From contig CBDBDQ010000005.1 in the NCBI GenBank assembly GCA_965203905.1, positions 4,480,001 through 4,544,000 on the forward strand: a DNA stretch of 64,000 nt, in the 5' to 3' direction. Made by a program: the position numbers and the translations under genes. The notes beneath the pieces are model-generated. The model did no database searches. It had not been told where the DNA came from and saw only the letters and a list, made by a program, of their open reading frames with translations. This document shows, piece after piece, positions 1 through 10,767 of the stretch (position 1 is its first letter; each line of letters opens with the position of its first letter). The stretch comes from Spirochaetia bacterium (lineage in GTDB: Bacteria > Spirochaetota > Spirochaetia > SZUA-6 > Bin103).

Positions 1-15
1 GGGTCAATCTCTCCA

Positions 16-3000
16 GCTTCAATGAGGCCGCCGGAATTCACCGGCGGAAACGCGCGCTGGCAGGAGGGCAACTGAAACATGGGCTTATACGCTTCAATGA
101 GGCCGCCGGAATTCACCGGCGGAAACATCCTCGGCGACGGCCGTGCTGTGGCGGCGGTTGACCCCGCTTCAATGAGGCCGCCGGAATTCACCGGCGGAAA
201 CTTCGGCGGTCATCCCCTCGGCCAGCGTCCGGCCGAAGCGCTTCAATGAGGCCGCCGGAATTCACCGGCGGAAACGCCGACAAGAAGGCCGCCGCCGAGG
301 CCAAAGCCGCCGCCGAGCTTCAATGAGGCCGCCGGAATTCACCGGCGGAAACGCGCGCTGGCAGGAGGGCAACTGAAACATGGGCTTATACGCTTCAATG
401 AGGCCGCCGGAATTCACCGGCGGAAACAGTCGAGCACGTCAACCTGCAGGACGAGAGTCCGGCAGCTTCAATGAGGCCGCCGGAATTCACCAGCGGAAAC
501 CATGGTAGTGATCCGGTTCACGGGTTACGTATTCGCGCTTCAATGAGGCCGCCGGAATTCACCGGCGGAAACCCCGAGATGGCGGAGAAGACGGCGCTGC
601 ACCGGCTGATGCTTCAATGAGGCCGCCGGAATTCACCGGCGGAAACTTCCGGTTTGAATCATGGTTCCAGCCAACCCCGCTTCAATGAGGCCGCCGGAAT
701 TCACCGGCGGAAACTCGTGTCAATAAGCCGAATGTTAAGAATGCTTAACGTGCTTCAATGAGGCCGCCGGAATTCACCGGCGGAAACTCCCCAGGGGATG
801 TCCGGTACCGCGAGATGGTGCTGCACGCTTCAATGAGGCCGCCGGAATTCACCGGCGGAAACTCCCCAGGGGATGTCCGGTACCGCGAGATGGTGCTGCA
901 CGCTTCAATGAGGCCGCCGGAATTCACCGGCGGAAACTCGCCGCTGATGTTGCCGTAGTCGTCTGTGTCGGTGCTGCTTCAATGAGGCCGCCGGAATTCA
1001 CCGGCGGAAACGAGGAACGGCGCCGGGTCCGGCCACTCGGTCAGCTCATCGCTTCAATGAGGCCGCCGGAATTCACCGGCGGAAACGCGATGGCCGCGCA
1101 AGCGGATGCAGACACCAACACCACGCTTCAATGAGGCCGCCGGAATTCACCGGCGGAAACAACGCCATCTCCTGCAATCCCATCGTCATGATCTCGGTGG
1201 CTTCAATGAGGCCGCCGGAATTCACCGGCGGAAACGCGGCTCATGCTGCCTCCCGGAGCACGGAGCGCGTCTCGCTTCAATGAGGCCGCCGGAATTCACC
1301 GGCGGAAACATTCGCAGCTAACAATATCATAGTCTGATTGAGCAAGACGCTTCAATGAGGCCGCCGGAATTCACCGGCGGAAACTCCAGGATCAGGAACC
1401 GCGCCCCGTAGTTGGTGGATGCGCTTCAATGAGGCCGCCGGAATTCACCGGCGGAAACACGCACCGGCCGGCGCGCTCTGGCACGGCCGCGTGATTGCTT
1501 CAATGAGGCCGCCGGAATTCACCGGCGGAAACTGCTCCTCCATGTAGTCCAGCAGGTCCAGCCCATCGCCGCTTCAATGAGGCCGCCGGAATTCACCGGC
1601 GGAAACATTCGCAGCTAACAATATCATAGTCTGATTGAGCAAGACGCTTCAATGAGGCCGCCGGAATTCACCGGCGGAAACTCCAGGATCAGGAACCGCG
1701 CCCCGTAGTTGGTGGATGCGCTTCAATGAGGCCGCCGGAATTCACCGGCGGAAACGTGGCGAAGCCGTCGGACTGTAGCGGGCTGATGCCGTCGCTTCAA
1801 TGAGGCCGCCGGAATTCACCGGCGGAAACGCCAGCGGCACATAATGAGTACCATGTTTGACAAGCTTCAATGAGGCCGCCGGAATTCACCGGCGGAAACC
1901 TGCCGAGGGTGTCGACGTGCTGTGGGTGGAGCAAGCCGCTTCAATGAGGCCGCCGGAATTCACCGGCGGAAACTCCCCAGGGGATGTCCGGTACCGCGAG
2001 ATGGTGCTGCACGCTTCAATGAGGCCGCCGGAATTCACCGGCGGAAACCGCAGCGTACTTCTGGTCCAGGGTTTGCTCCATATCGATGCTTCAATGAGGC
2101 CGCCGGAATTCACCGGCGGAAACGAGTATCTGGTCGGGCTCGGCCAGCCGCTCATCGAGCAGCTTCAATGAGGCCGCCGGAATTCACCGGCGGAAACCTG
2201 CTCGGAAACGCCTACTGGCCATTCACCATCAAGAAGCTTCAATGAGGCCGCCGGAATTCACCGGCGGAAACGCTGCCGCTGTCCATGTCCGCCGGGTCCA
2301 GGTCGCCCAGGCTTCAATGAGGCCGCCGGAATTCACCGGCGGAAACGTGCTCGGGGGAGCCCACGAAATCACCGCCGAACTCCATGGCGCTTCAATGAGG
2401 CCGCCGGAATTCACCGGCGGAAACGTGCTCGGGGGAGCCCACGAAATCACCGCCGAACTCCATGGCGCTTCAATGAGGCCGCCGGAATTCACCGGCGGAA
2501 ACTTGTCACGTCCTCGTCGTCCCAATCCTCCACCACCACGCTTCAATGAGGCCGCCGGAATTCACCGGCGGAAACCCGGTGACAGAGTGGCTGATACCCG
2601 TCCCATTATACACAGGCTTCAATGAGGCCGCCGGAATTCACCGGCGGAAACAGGCGGGCGGGGCCCCGTGGCACGAGTCGCCAGACGGGCTTCAATGAGG
2701 CCGCCGGAATTCACCGGCGGAAACCGGCGGCATGAGGGAGAACTGTGGCATTCACTGACTTGGGGCTTCAATGAGGCCGCCGGAATTCACCGGCGGAAAC
2801 TCGATACGGCAATCCTGGTCTCGCCACTTGTCGATTCGCTTCAATGAGGCCGCCGGAATTCACCGGCGGAAACCCAATACCACGCCGAGCGCTTCGGGTG
2901 CCAGCGCATCGCGCTTCAATGAGGCCGCCGGAATTCACCGGCGGAAACGCCAGATCCTCCAGCGCGCGAGCCGACGGCGCCGCCAGACGCTTCAATGAGG

Positions 3001-5338
3001 CCGCCGGAATTCACCGGCGGAAACATCCGAACCGATCCCCGGCCGCGAGGCCGAAATGGCCGAGCTTCAATGAGGCCGCCGGAATTCACCGGCGGAAACT
3101 GACGGGAACGGCGGCGGCGCGTCATCGGCCACGATGCTTCAATGAGGCCGCCGGAATTCACCGGCGGAAACTCGGGCGGCCCGGGCGCCGGCGCATCGGT
3201 CAGGTTGTCCTCGCTTCAATGAGGCCGCCGGAATTCACCGGCGGAAACTAGCTATATGCGATTAGTAGGCTATACCCCGTCATTTCGCTTCAATGAGGCC
3301 GCCGGAATTCACCGGCGGAAACAAGCCCGTGATCTCGCCGCCGTCCGGCAGTACGACAATGCTTCAATGAGGCCGCCGGAATTCACCGGCGGAAACGCCC
3401 GCCTTGCTCCGGCGGGTATTGAACGGGTGGAAGTGGCTTCAATGAGGCCGCCGGAATTCACCGGCGGAAACCTCGCAGCGCCACGGGCTATACTCGCGGA
3501 GAATCGCGTGCTTCAATGAGGCCGCCGGAATTCACCGGCGGAAACGCGGTTCGTACGTGTCGCCCGCGACCGCGCCCGGCCGCGCGCTTCAATGAGGCCG
3601 CCGGAATTCACCGGCGGAAACCGCCCGGATCATCGGCGACATCGTGGAGGAATGGATCACGCTTCAATGAGGCCGCCGGAATTCACCGGCGGAAACGGCC
3701 GCCGAGGACGTGTCCGAGGCCGGGCTGTACTTCTTGCTTCAATGAGGCCGCCGGAATTCACCGGCGGAAACCACGCCCAGGAGCCGCAGAGGAATCCTCC
3801 GATGGCCTCGCTTCAATGAGGCCGCCGGAATTCACCGGCGGAAACGTGATCCGCAGTTGCACCTGCCCGGTCAACGGGCTGTCCACCTCATCGCTTCAAT
3901 GAGGCCGCCGGAATTCACCGGCGGAAACTCCCGCCCGTAAGCCCAATCGGGCACCGGCGCATGCCGTGCTTCAATGAGGCCGCCGGAATTCACCGGCGGA
4001 AACGGCCGCCGAGGACGTGTCCGAGGCCGGGCTGTACTTCTTGCTTCAATGAGGCCGCCGGAATTCACCGGCGGAAACCACGCCCAGGAGCCGCAGAGGA
4101 ATCCTCCGATGGCCTCGCTTCAATGAGGCCGCCGGAATTCACCGGCGGAAACGTCAGGAAGGCGATGGCGTGCTCGTGGTCGGAGCGGGCGCTTCAATGA
4201 GGCCGCCGGAATTCACCGGCGGAAACCTCGCATTAGCAACCTACAAAGCGAAAAAGGCACCTTCCGCTTCAATGAGGCCGCCGGAATTCACCGGCGGAAA
4301 CGTTGAACAGTAGAAGGATCGAGCCGCACCAGATCGCGCTTCAATGAGGCCGCCGGAATTCACCGGCGGAAACGTGTCGATACCGCCGTATGGTGCTGTC
4401 GGTCTCTTTGGTGCTTCAATGAGGCCGCCGGAATTCACCGGCGGAAACTACGGCATAGTGAATGACGTTGTAGTCTACATGGCAACGCTTCAATGAGGCC
4501 GCCGGAATTCACCGGCGGAAACCCCTGGTCTCCGGCGCCGTGGATGTCGCCCTGCGCGCCGCTTCAATGAGGCCGCCGGAATTCACCGGCGGAAACTCCG
4601 CCTAAGAATGGCGCTATGATGCTGTTTTTCAACGGGCTTCAATGAGGCCGCCGGAATTCACCGGCGGAAACACAGCAGGGTCAAGCGGTTTTCGCAAAGT
4701 TTTTCAAGGCTTCAATGAGGCCGCCGGAATTCACCGGCGGAAACGAGTTAAACTCGCAGCCCTTGGTGACCAAGCCCCATCTTGCTTCAATGAGGCCGCC
4801 GGAATTCACCGGCGGAAACGAGGATTGAGAGTTAGAGAGTTCGTCAAGTCAAAGTGGCGCTTCAATGAGGCCGCCGGAATTCACCGGCGGAAACATCGCC
4901 GTCATCGGGACGCAGTTCGCCGATTCGCTGGCGCTTCAATGAGGCCGCCGGAATTCACCGGCGGAAACCCGGCACAACGACGTCTACGTTCCCCTCGGCC
5001 TCGTGGCTTCAATGAGGCCGCCGGAATTCACCGGCGGAAACCTCGTCCACCTGGTCGTCACTGAGCTTCCGGCGCGTGGTGCTTCAATGAGGCCGCCGGA
5101 ATTCACCGGCGGAAACCCGCAACCAGGCGTTGATGCCGCGCATCGAGTAGACGAGGCTTCAATGAGGCCGCCGGAATTCACCGGCGGAAACATCGTTGTT
5201 GGCGGAATCCAGCTCGGGCATGGAACCGCTTCAATGAGGCCGCCGGAATTCACCGGCGGAAACGCACCGCAGCAGTCGTCGCAGACGCCGCGAAAGTTCA
5301 ACGCTTCAATGAGGCCGCCGGAATTCACCGGCGGAAAC
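16..5338 (-). CRISPR. Type I-G CRISPR array: 72 repeats of 36 bp (transcribed as GTTTCCGCCGGTGAATTCCGGCGGCCTCATTGAAGC) and 71 complete spacers of about 32-47 nt; truncated by the window start
   Basis: Repeat GCTTCAATGAGGCCGCCGGAATTCACCGGCGGAAAC counted by hand from 16-51 to 5303-5338, with one variant (G>A at 492). It has an internal GC hairpin and an ATTGAAGC 3' end, and lies next to cas2. Confidence 0.99.
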
Positions 5339-5544
5339 GCACCCGCTCCAACTTGCGACGAGTGGGAGAATTACTCGCAGGGTTGCGAGTGGTGCGTGAA
5401 AGGTGCGATCGAGCAGAGATCACAGGCAGCATCAGGTACCGATTCTACACCGTAAGATTATGTATGTCAAAGACCTGGCGACTTGCGAGCCCTCCCTGAG
5501 GTACGCGCGGCACCGGAGCGCTCGGTCGGCAGCGGCGGAGCCGG
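5339..5544 (-). promoter_or_regulatory. CRISPR leader
   Basis: Non-coding stretch between cas2 and the first repeat. Contains a promoter, an inverted repeat ACTCGCA-GGGT-TGCGAGT (5374-5391) and recurring TTGCGA motifs. Confidence 0.9.
5442..5470 (-). promoter_or_regulatory. Sigma70-type promoter of the CRISPR array
   Basis: Minus strand reads TTGACA-N17-TAGAAT, pointing into the array. Confidence 0.85.
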
Positions 5545-5835
5545 CTACACAATGAGCGGTTCGCGCTGCATCGGGTGGAAGGTCTTCCCCAGGCTCACGA
5601 CACGCGGTTCGACGTTGTCGGCGACGCCCAGATCGACCAGTACCACGTGATCCTCGTTATGATCGATTGTTTTGTCGAGGCGTGCAACCAGTTCGGCCTG
5701 GCGGCGCTTGTTCATGCGGCACTGGAAGACCGAGAGCTGTACCCAGGCTCCGTATCCGTTCATCAGCTTGTAGACCTTGCGCCACCGCTTCGGGTCGGCA
5801 ATGTCGTAGGCCACGATGTACAGGTGCTCGTCCAT
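5545..5835 (-). CDS. cas2: CRISPR-associated endonuclease Cas2
   Basis: 96 aa; YIVAYDIAD..RW and WVQLSVFQC motifs. Confidence 0.97.
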   Translation of the reverse strand: MDEHLYIVAYDIADPKRWRKVYKLMNGYGAWVQLSVFQCRMNKRRQAELVARLDKTIDHNEDHVVLVDLGVADNVEPRVVSLGKTFHPMQREPLIV

Positions 5836-5838
5836 GGT

Positions 5839-7644
5839 TCAGCGCGTCGTGAAGTTGGGGTAGGCCGGAATCTCCCCGAGCAGGAAGCGCCCCAGGAGCC
5901 GGGCCTGCATCTCCATCAGGCGGCGGTAGCTGACCCGATAGCCGAACAGCGGATGGACGATTTCGTGGCTCAGGCGACGCTCGAAGGCGGCGATGAACCG
6001 GCGCCGACCCTCTGGAGTAAGGGCAACGCTGCCGGCGGCTGATCTGAAGTCGATCGGCCGTATCTCGCCGTTGTTGATGAGTTGCAGGACGACCGAGTCG
6101 GCGATCAAGGGCCGGAACGGCTCCATCAGGTCGAGAGCAAGGGCGGGACGGCCGTAGCGGGGTTGGTGATACAGGCCGCGGAAGGCATCGAAGCCGACGG
6201 CGGTCAGGGTCACGGTCCAGGCGCGGGTCAACAGCGAGTAGGCAAACGAGAGCAACGCGTTGACCGGATCGGTCGGCGGCCGCCGATTGCGCTTCTCGAA
6301 GTCGAACGCCAACGTCCGCGCCGGCTCGCTCTCGCTGAACATTGCCGGGAACGCTCGAAAGTAGCGCGCCGCGGCCGTTCCTTCCACGCCGAGCAGCACG
6401 GCCAGCGACCGCACCCGTGCCACCCGCCGGCTGTCCTCCTTGAGCTCGATCAGCACATCGCGATTATCTTCCGACCGCTTCCAGTTCCTCCTGAGCAGGG
6501 TGCGGCAATTCGCGATCTTGGCGCTCACCAGCCCCTTGGCGAAGCGCAGACAGATGGTCGGGTCGAAGCTGGCCCGATACTGAGCCGTTCTGAGCTCCAC
6601 GTTCTTGTGGCCATTCCCGATGGTGTGGCCATAGAACCATCCGCCGTGACTGTGCCAGGTCACCGGAATACCACGCCACATCAGTTCGTGCAGGCACGGT
6701 GAGGTGACGTAGATGCTGCCCATGAGCACCACCTGCGAGGTTTCCGCAAGGCGGGCGGTGGCTACCTTCTCGTCGTCGACGGTAACAACCAGCGTCTCAC
6801 CCGACTTGGCGACCTTGGCGCCGCGGGCCTGCACGTAGAGCGGCAGCGCGTCCGTGGCGGGCACGGCGATCGGACGGGGCGCGGCGCCGGGGCGGGAAAG
6901 CAACGCGAGATGATTTACCTCGTCGGGAAGACAGATGCTCACCAGGGAACAGCGCGGACACTTGGGGCTGTCTTCGAGCGGCGGCGGGATGGTGCCGCCG
7001 TGTGCCACGTTCCGCAAGCCCTCGACGGCCCGTTCCGTGGCGGCGATCAACTCGTCGTCGAACACGACCCGTACGCGCTCGCGGCCGGCCACGAAGTAGA
7101 GCACCCCTTCGTCGCACCGATAGCCGTGCTCGCGCAGGATCAGTCCCTGTACGCAGAGTTGCACTCGCTCGGGGTCGTAGGCACCGCGTTTCACGTGCGG
7201 ACGCTTGCCACGTTTGTAGTCGATCGGAACGACGCGCCCATGCTCGGACTCGATCAGGTCCATGCGTGCTATCAACCCCAGTCGCTCGGATGACAGCGTG
7301 ACCGACCGGGCATGCAGCTTCTCCGCGACCTCCTGCGGCGCCGGCATCGCGCCGCCGTCCCGATTGACGCGCCGGTGCGCATGCCGTCCCTCTACGGTGT
7401 CGGCGGAGTCAGCCCACTCGCCCTGAACCCACTCCAGGTAGGCCAGGCGCGGACAGTACTGATACTCGTTCACCATCCGGGCCGGCACCAGCGGACCTTC
7501 GACCGGTGCTCCGGCAGGAGGGAACACGAACTCGCCCTGCTGCGGTGCGGTTCTACGGCTCGCTTCCTCGGTGTCACCGGTCTGAGGAACCAGTGCCGGC
7601 GGCGGGAAGTTCGCCGCCGCGTTCTGCCTACCATCTGTCTTCAC
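5839..7644 (-). CDS. cas4-cas1: Cas4-Cas1 fusion (start uncertain)
   Basis: N-terminal Cas4 (YCPR, IDYKRG, QLCVQG, CPRCSLVSIC); C-terminal Cas1 (GVEGTAAARYF, RRPPTDPVNALLSFAY, LALDLMEPFRP). Confidence 0.96.
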   Translation of the reverse strand: MKTDGRQNAAANFPPPALVPQTGDTEEASRRTAPQQGEFVFPPAGAPVEGPLVPARMVNEYQYCPRLAYLEWVQGEWADSADTVEGRHAHRRVNRDGGAMPAPQEVAEKLHARSVTLSSERLGLIARMDLIESEHGRVVPIDYKRGKRPHVKRGAYDPERVQLCVQGLILREHGYRCDEGVLYFVAGRERVRVVFDDELIAATERAVEGLRNVAHGGTIPPPLEDSPKCPRCSLVSICLPDEVNHLALLSRPGAAPRPIAVPATDALPLYVQARGAKVAKSGETLVVTVDDEKVATARLAETSQVVLMGSIYVTSPCLHELMWRGIPVTWHSHGGWFYGHTIGNGHKNVELRTAQYRASFDPTICLRFAKGLVSAKIANCRTLLRRNWKRSEDNRDVLIELKEDSRRVARVRSLAVLLGVEGTAAARYFRAFPAMFSESEPARTLAFDFEKRNRRPPTDPVNALLSFAYSLLTRAWTVTLTAVGFDAFRGLYHQPRYGRPALALDLMEPFRPLIADSVVLQLINNGEIRPIDFRSAAGSVALTPEGRRRFIAAFERRLSHEIVHPLFGYRVSYRRLMEMQARLLGRFLLGEIPAYPNFTTR

Positions 7645-7949
7645 ATCGCACTCCGCCAGCCCCGGCAGCCGGACGTACCGAACTCACGTCCGTGACTCTT
7701 GAGGCTCGTCCTTCATTGAGTGTCGGAGGATACGGCGTCCTTGAGAACGCGGCGTGTCTCGGGATCAGTTCAATTTGTGCGCGGACTCCACTCCGATCAG
7801 TGGGATCGATCAGCGCCAGCGCAGTCTTGGATCGCGACGATCCGCTGCAGTGCGTCGACGACTGTACCGGTGCGGCCGACGACGGTGGCAACGTCCAGCG
7901 TGTGCCTACAAGTAGGCACTTGGAGGTCACGGGCTCCGGCCTCCTCGGT

Positions 7950-8831
7950 CTAGCGGCTCTTCCTGAACAGCCCGAACGCGAAGTTGGGTGGCGGCTCCGG
8001 AATGTCGTTGCGGTCCTGCAGGTAGCGCTGCGTCTGCTCCGTCGGCGAGACATGATCCATCGCGGTGAAGCCGGACCTCTGCATCTCGGCGTCGATCTCC
8101 TCGGGGCTGTACTCCGACAGCATCGGCTCGCCGCGGCGTTCCACGAATCGGTCCATCTTCTCGACCAGCGCCAGCCCGGCAGCGGGCACCAGGCTTCGGG
8201 GGTACCGGTAGTCGAGCACTACCTGGCTTCCGGGTGCGGCGACGGCGTCGATCTGGTCGATGGTGTCGCTGACGGCCTCCCTGGTCAGGTAGCACGTCAC
8301 CCCCAGCCACGCAAAGAAGGCCGGTGCCTCGGGGTCGAAGCCGGCTCCGATCAATGCAGCGTCAAGCCGGTCCGTCTCGAAGTCCACCGGCACCAACGCG
8401 AGATTCGAGGGCAGCGGGCCAATGCGCGCGAGCTGGTGGCGCTTCATCTCCTGCGACGCCGGATGGTCGACTTCGTAGATGCGCAGCCGATCCGCCAGAC
8501 TCGGGTGGCGCACCGCGAACGTGTCGAGCCCGGCTCCGAGGATCACGTACTGCTGCACGCCGGATGAAATCGCTTCCTGCAGCCGGTCCTCGGCGTACCG
8601 GATGCGCAGGATGATCACGGTGTGGGTGGGCTTGAGCGTTCGCAGCAGGACATCGACCACGAGGCGGTTCAGCACCCAGTTGTTGGCGACCAGCCGCCAG
8701 AACGGTGTCACCATGGCGCCTGCGTATTGGTCGGAGAAGATCGGATTCGGATTCCACCTGAGGTGGCTGGCGCGTACGGCGGCCACCAGTATCGCGGTGG
8801 TGCTGGCCTTGCGAGGGCGGGTGTCGGACAT
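7950..8831 (-). CDS. SAM-dependent methyltransferase, leucine carboxyl methyltransferase-like family
   Basis: QYVILGAGLDT, YEVDHP, VPVDFE and WLGVTCYL motifs. Confidence 0.9.
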   Translation of the reverse strand: MSDTRPRKASTTAILVAAVRASHLRWNPNPIFSDQYAGAMVTPFWRLVANNWVLNRLVVDVLLRTLKPTHTVIILRIRYAEDRLQEAISSGVQQYVILGAGLDTFAVRHPSLADRLRIYEVDHPASQEMKRHQLARIGPLPSNLALVPVDFETDRLDAALIGAGFDPEAPAFFAWLGVTCYLTREAVSDTIDQIDAVAAPGSQVVLDYRYPRSLVPAAGLALVEKMDRFVERRGEPMLSEYSPEEIDAEMQRSGFTAMDHVSPTEQTQRYLQDRNDIPEPPPNFAFGLFRKSR

Positions 8832-8964
8832 GACGCGTCAGTATGTACGCGTCATCCTCGACCTTGTCGAGCACCCGTGCCGCCAACGCCCTTGGCGCCT
8901 TCGGCCCCGACGCAGGTAGGTTGCCCCTGTGTTGCTATCGCGCCGACCTGCAACTCCTCTATCG

Positions 8965-10215
8965 TCAGCCGTCACGCTGGGAGCCGCAGAACAGGCGCCG
9001 CACCGTCTGGTTGGGAATAACCATGCGGGGAATGTATTCACGCTCTGGTTGGATGCTCAGCAGGCCGAAGTAGTGCAGCAGCGACGGGAGGTTCTCCGGC
9101 TGGGCCAGTTCCTCCAGCAGAAAGCCGTCACGGACCGGGCTTTCCACGGCGCTTTCGCAGGCCAGTTGGCGCAGCATGTCGAAGGTCTCGTTGAGCTTCC
9201 GGTTGCCGGTCAGCAGGTGGCGCAGCTTGTCGTAGTGGACGCGTACACTGCCATCGATCAGGTCGTCCGGCGGTCCACCGTTCGAGATCGATTCCATCAG
9301 GTAGCGGAGCACCGATTTCGTGTGGTAGAGGTCGTTCCGGGCGCGCTCGCCGAATCGGTAGCCGCCGTACCACTCACCCATGACGGCCATCGCCTCGTTC
9401 ACGTCCTGGTCGAACACGCCGAGCTGGCGGTAGCGCTCCAGCAGGTCGCATACCTCCGCTTCCGTGAAACCCAGCATCTCGTTGAACTCCGGACGCAGGC
9501 TGATGTCCATGCCGATGTTGAAGCCGCCGGTCACGCCGGCCATGCTGATCGGCGTCACCCCGGCGACAAAAATGCGCTCGATGCCGCCGTGTCCGGTGCC
9601 GGCCTTGAGCGTGGCGAAGAAGCTGCGGTAGAAGCCGGCAAAGTCCGGGGCCGGCCACCGGCTCGCACCGGTGCCGCGATCGGCCAGAACGGAATCGGCG
9701 AGGTAGTCGTAGCCGTCGATCAGTACGTACAGCGGAACGCCGTGCGTTGACCCGCGCAGGAACAACTCGTTCAGCTTCGATTCGATGCTGGACGCCGCCA
9801 GGATGCGCTGCCTCACCGCGTCGGGGAACAGGTCACGGTTGCACTCCAACGCGTGGCGGAGGCTTCGGGAGCAATGCTGATCGAAGGGTTCCCGCGAGGT
9901 CTCCGCGGCGTCGCCAAGCGCGGAGAAGTCGAAGTGCAGGATGACGTAGCGGTGGCGCTCCGGCGTCGGTCGCCGTGCGATGTCGGTGCCGGCGAACAAT
10001 GCCTCGAACCGGCCGGCGGCGTTGCGATCGTAGTAGTTCCGCAGCAGCGAAACCCAGCACGACTTCCCGAACCCGCGGGGGCGCATCAGAAAGGCGTAGT
10101 GTACCTCTTCCAGCTCGTGCAGAAAGCGGGTCTTGTCGACGTAGAGCATCCGTTCGCGGCGCATCGCCTCGAAGTCGGTGCGGTCGTAAGGAATCTGGGG
10201 ATACGCGGTGCTCAT
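8965..10215 (-). CDS. AAA-ATPase-like protein (PF09820 type), probably truncated or degenerate
   Basis: YVDKT, RPRGFGKS Walker A, and LIDGYD in place of the usual LIDEYD. Ends after IPNQTV, before the usual C-terminal PD-(D/E)XK domain. GGAGG precedes ATG 10215. Confidence 0.8.
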   Translation of the reverse strand: MSTAYPQIPYDRTDFEAMRRERMLYVDKTRFLHELEEVHYAFLMRPRGFGKSCWVSLLRNYYDRNAAGRFEALFAGTDIARRPTPERHRYVILHFDFSALGDAAETSREPFDQHCSRSLRHALECNRDLFPDAVRQRILAASSIESKLNELFLRGSTHGVPLYVLIDGYDYLADSVLADRGTGASRWPAPDFAGFYRSFFATLKAGTGHGGIERIFVAGVTPISMAGVTGGFNIGMDISLRPEFNEMLGFTEAEVCDLLERYRQLGVFDQDVNEAMAVMGEWYGGYRFGERARNDLYHTKSVLRYLMESISNGGPPDDLIDGSVRVHYDKLRHLLTGNRKLNETFDMLRQLACESAVESPVRDGFLLEELAQPENLPSLLHYFGLLSIQPEREYIPRMVIPNQTVRRLFCGSQRDG

Positions 10216-10464
10216 CTCGACACCTCCGTCACCTCCGTGGTGAAAATCGGCGCAAATTGGCGCGGCCGACATCCGTTCCTTCCATCGGTTCGCGCTTCAT
10301 TCTGTTCTTCAGCCAGGCGGCGACCTCGCTCCGGCTGTTCAGGGCTTCCTCGATCTCGCGTTCAACCGGACTCAACGCCGCCAACCGCGTAGCGCGCTCC
10401 TCGGTGTGGGCGACCGAGCGATTCGAGAGCCATCTGCCGTTGCCGCTCAGGGACGAACACCGTC

Positions 10465-10746
10465 TCAAGCCGTCTCGAACCGCTCCACCGTGATCTGTTC
10501 GGCGCGGTCCCGGGCCTGCCAGAGATCGTAGGCCATCTGCATGCCGAGCCAAGTCTCTGGAGTGGAACCAAACGCCTTCGACAGGCGAATGGCCATATCG
10601 ATGGAAACACGCACCTTCTCATTGACCAGTTCGGAGAGGACGCGCCGCGTCACGCCGAGCCCTGCGGCTGCCCGCGTGACCGAGAGGCCGAGATGCTCAA
10701 GGCACTGTCGCCGGACGATGCCGCCGGGATGGGGGGGATTGTGCAT
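10465..10746 (-). CDS. higA: HigA family antitoxin (HTH)
   Basis: MHNPPHPG...LGLSVTRAAAGLGVTR...DMAIRLSKAFGSTPETWLGMQ. Confidence 0.92.
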   Translation of the reverse strand: MHNPPHPGGIVRRQCLEHLGLSVTRAAAGLGVTRRVLSELVNEKVRVSIDMAIRLSKAFGSTPETWLGMQMAYDLWQARDRAEQITVERFETA

Positions 10747-10767
10747 AGATACGATCGTAACACGTCG

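Noticed and set aside
52-5302. Self-targeting by main-array spacers
   Set aside because: No match to the rest of the window noticed by eye; not exhaustively tested, so an alignment is needed.
745-5455. Many ORFs with repeated MRPPEFTGGN / FPPVNSGGLIEA peptides
   Set aside because: They are translations of CRISPR repeats, not genes.
5445-5460. Array promoter as a second target of the mini-array guide
   Set aside because: Shares TTACG..GT but has mismatches at positions 1, 2, 8 and 9 and no TTN PAM.
7640-7745. Possible second pseudo-repeat upstream of cas4-cas1 (minus strand ...CGCCGTATCCTCCGACACTCAATGAAGG)
   Set aside because: The end resembles CTCATTGAAGC, but the stem is poor, the second repeat is unconvincing and I found no target for the following sequence.
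10229-10464. Short frame after higA (EERATRLAALSPVEREIEEAL...)
   Set aside because: Looks protein-like but has no clean start or recognisable family; at most a remnant.
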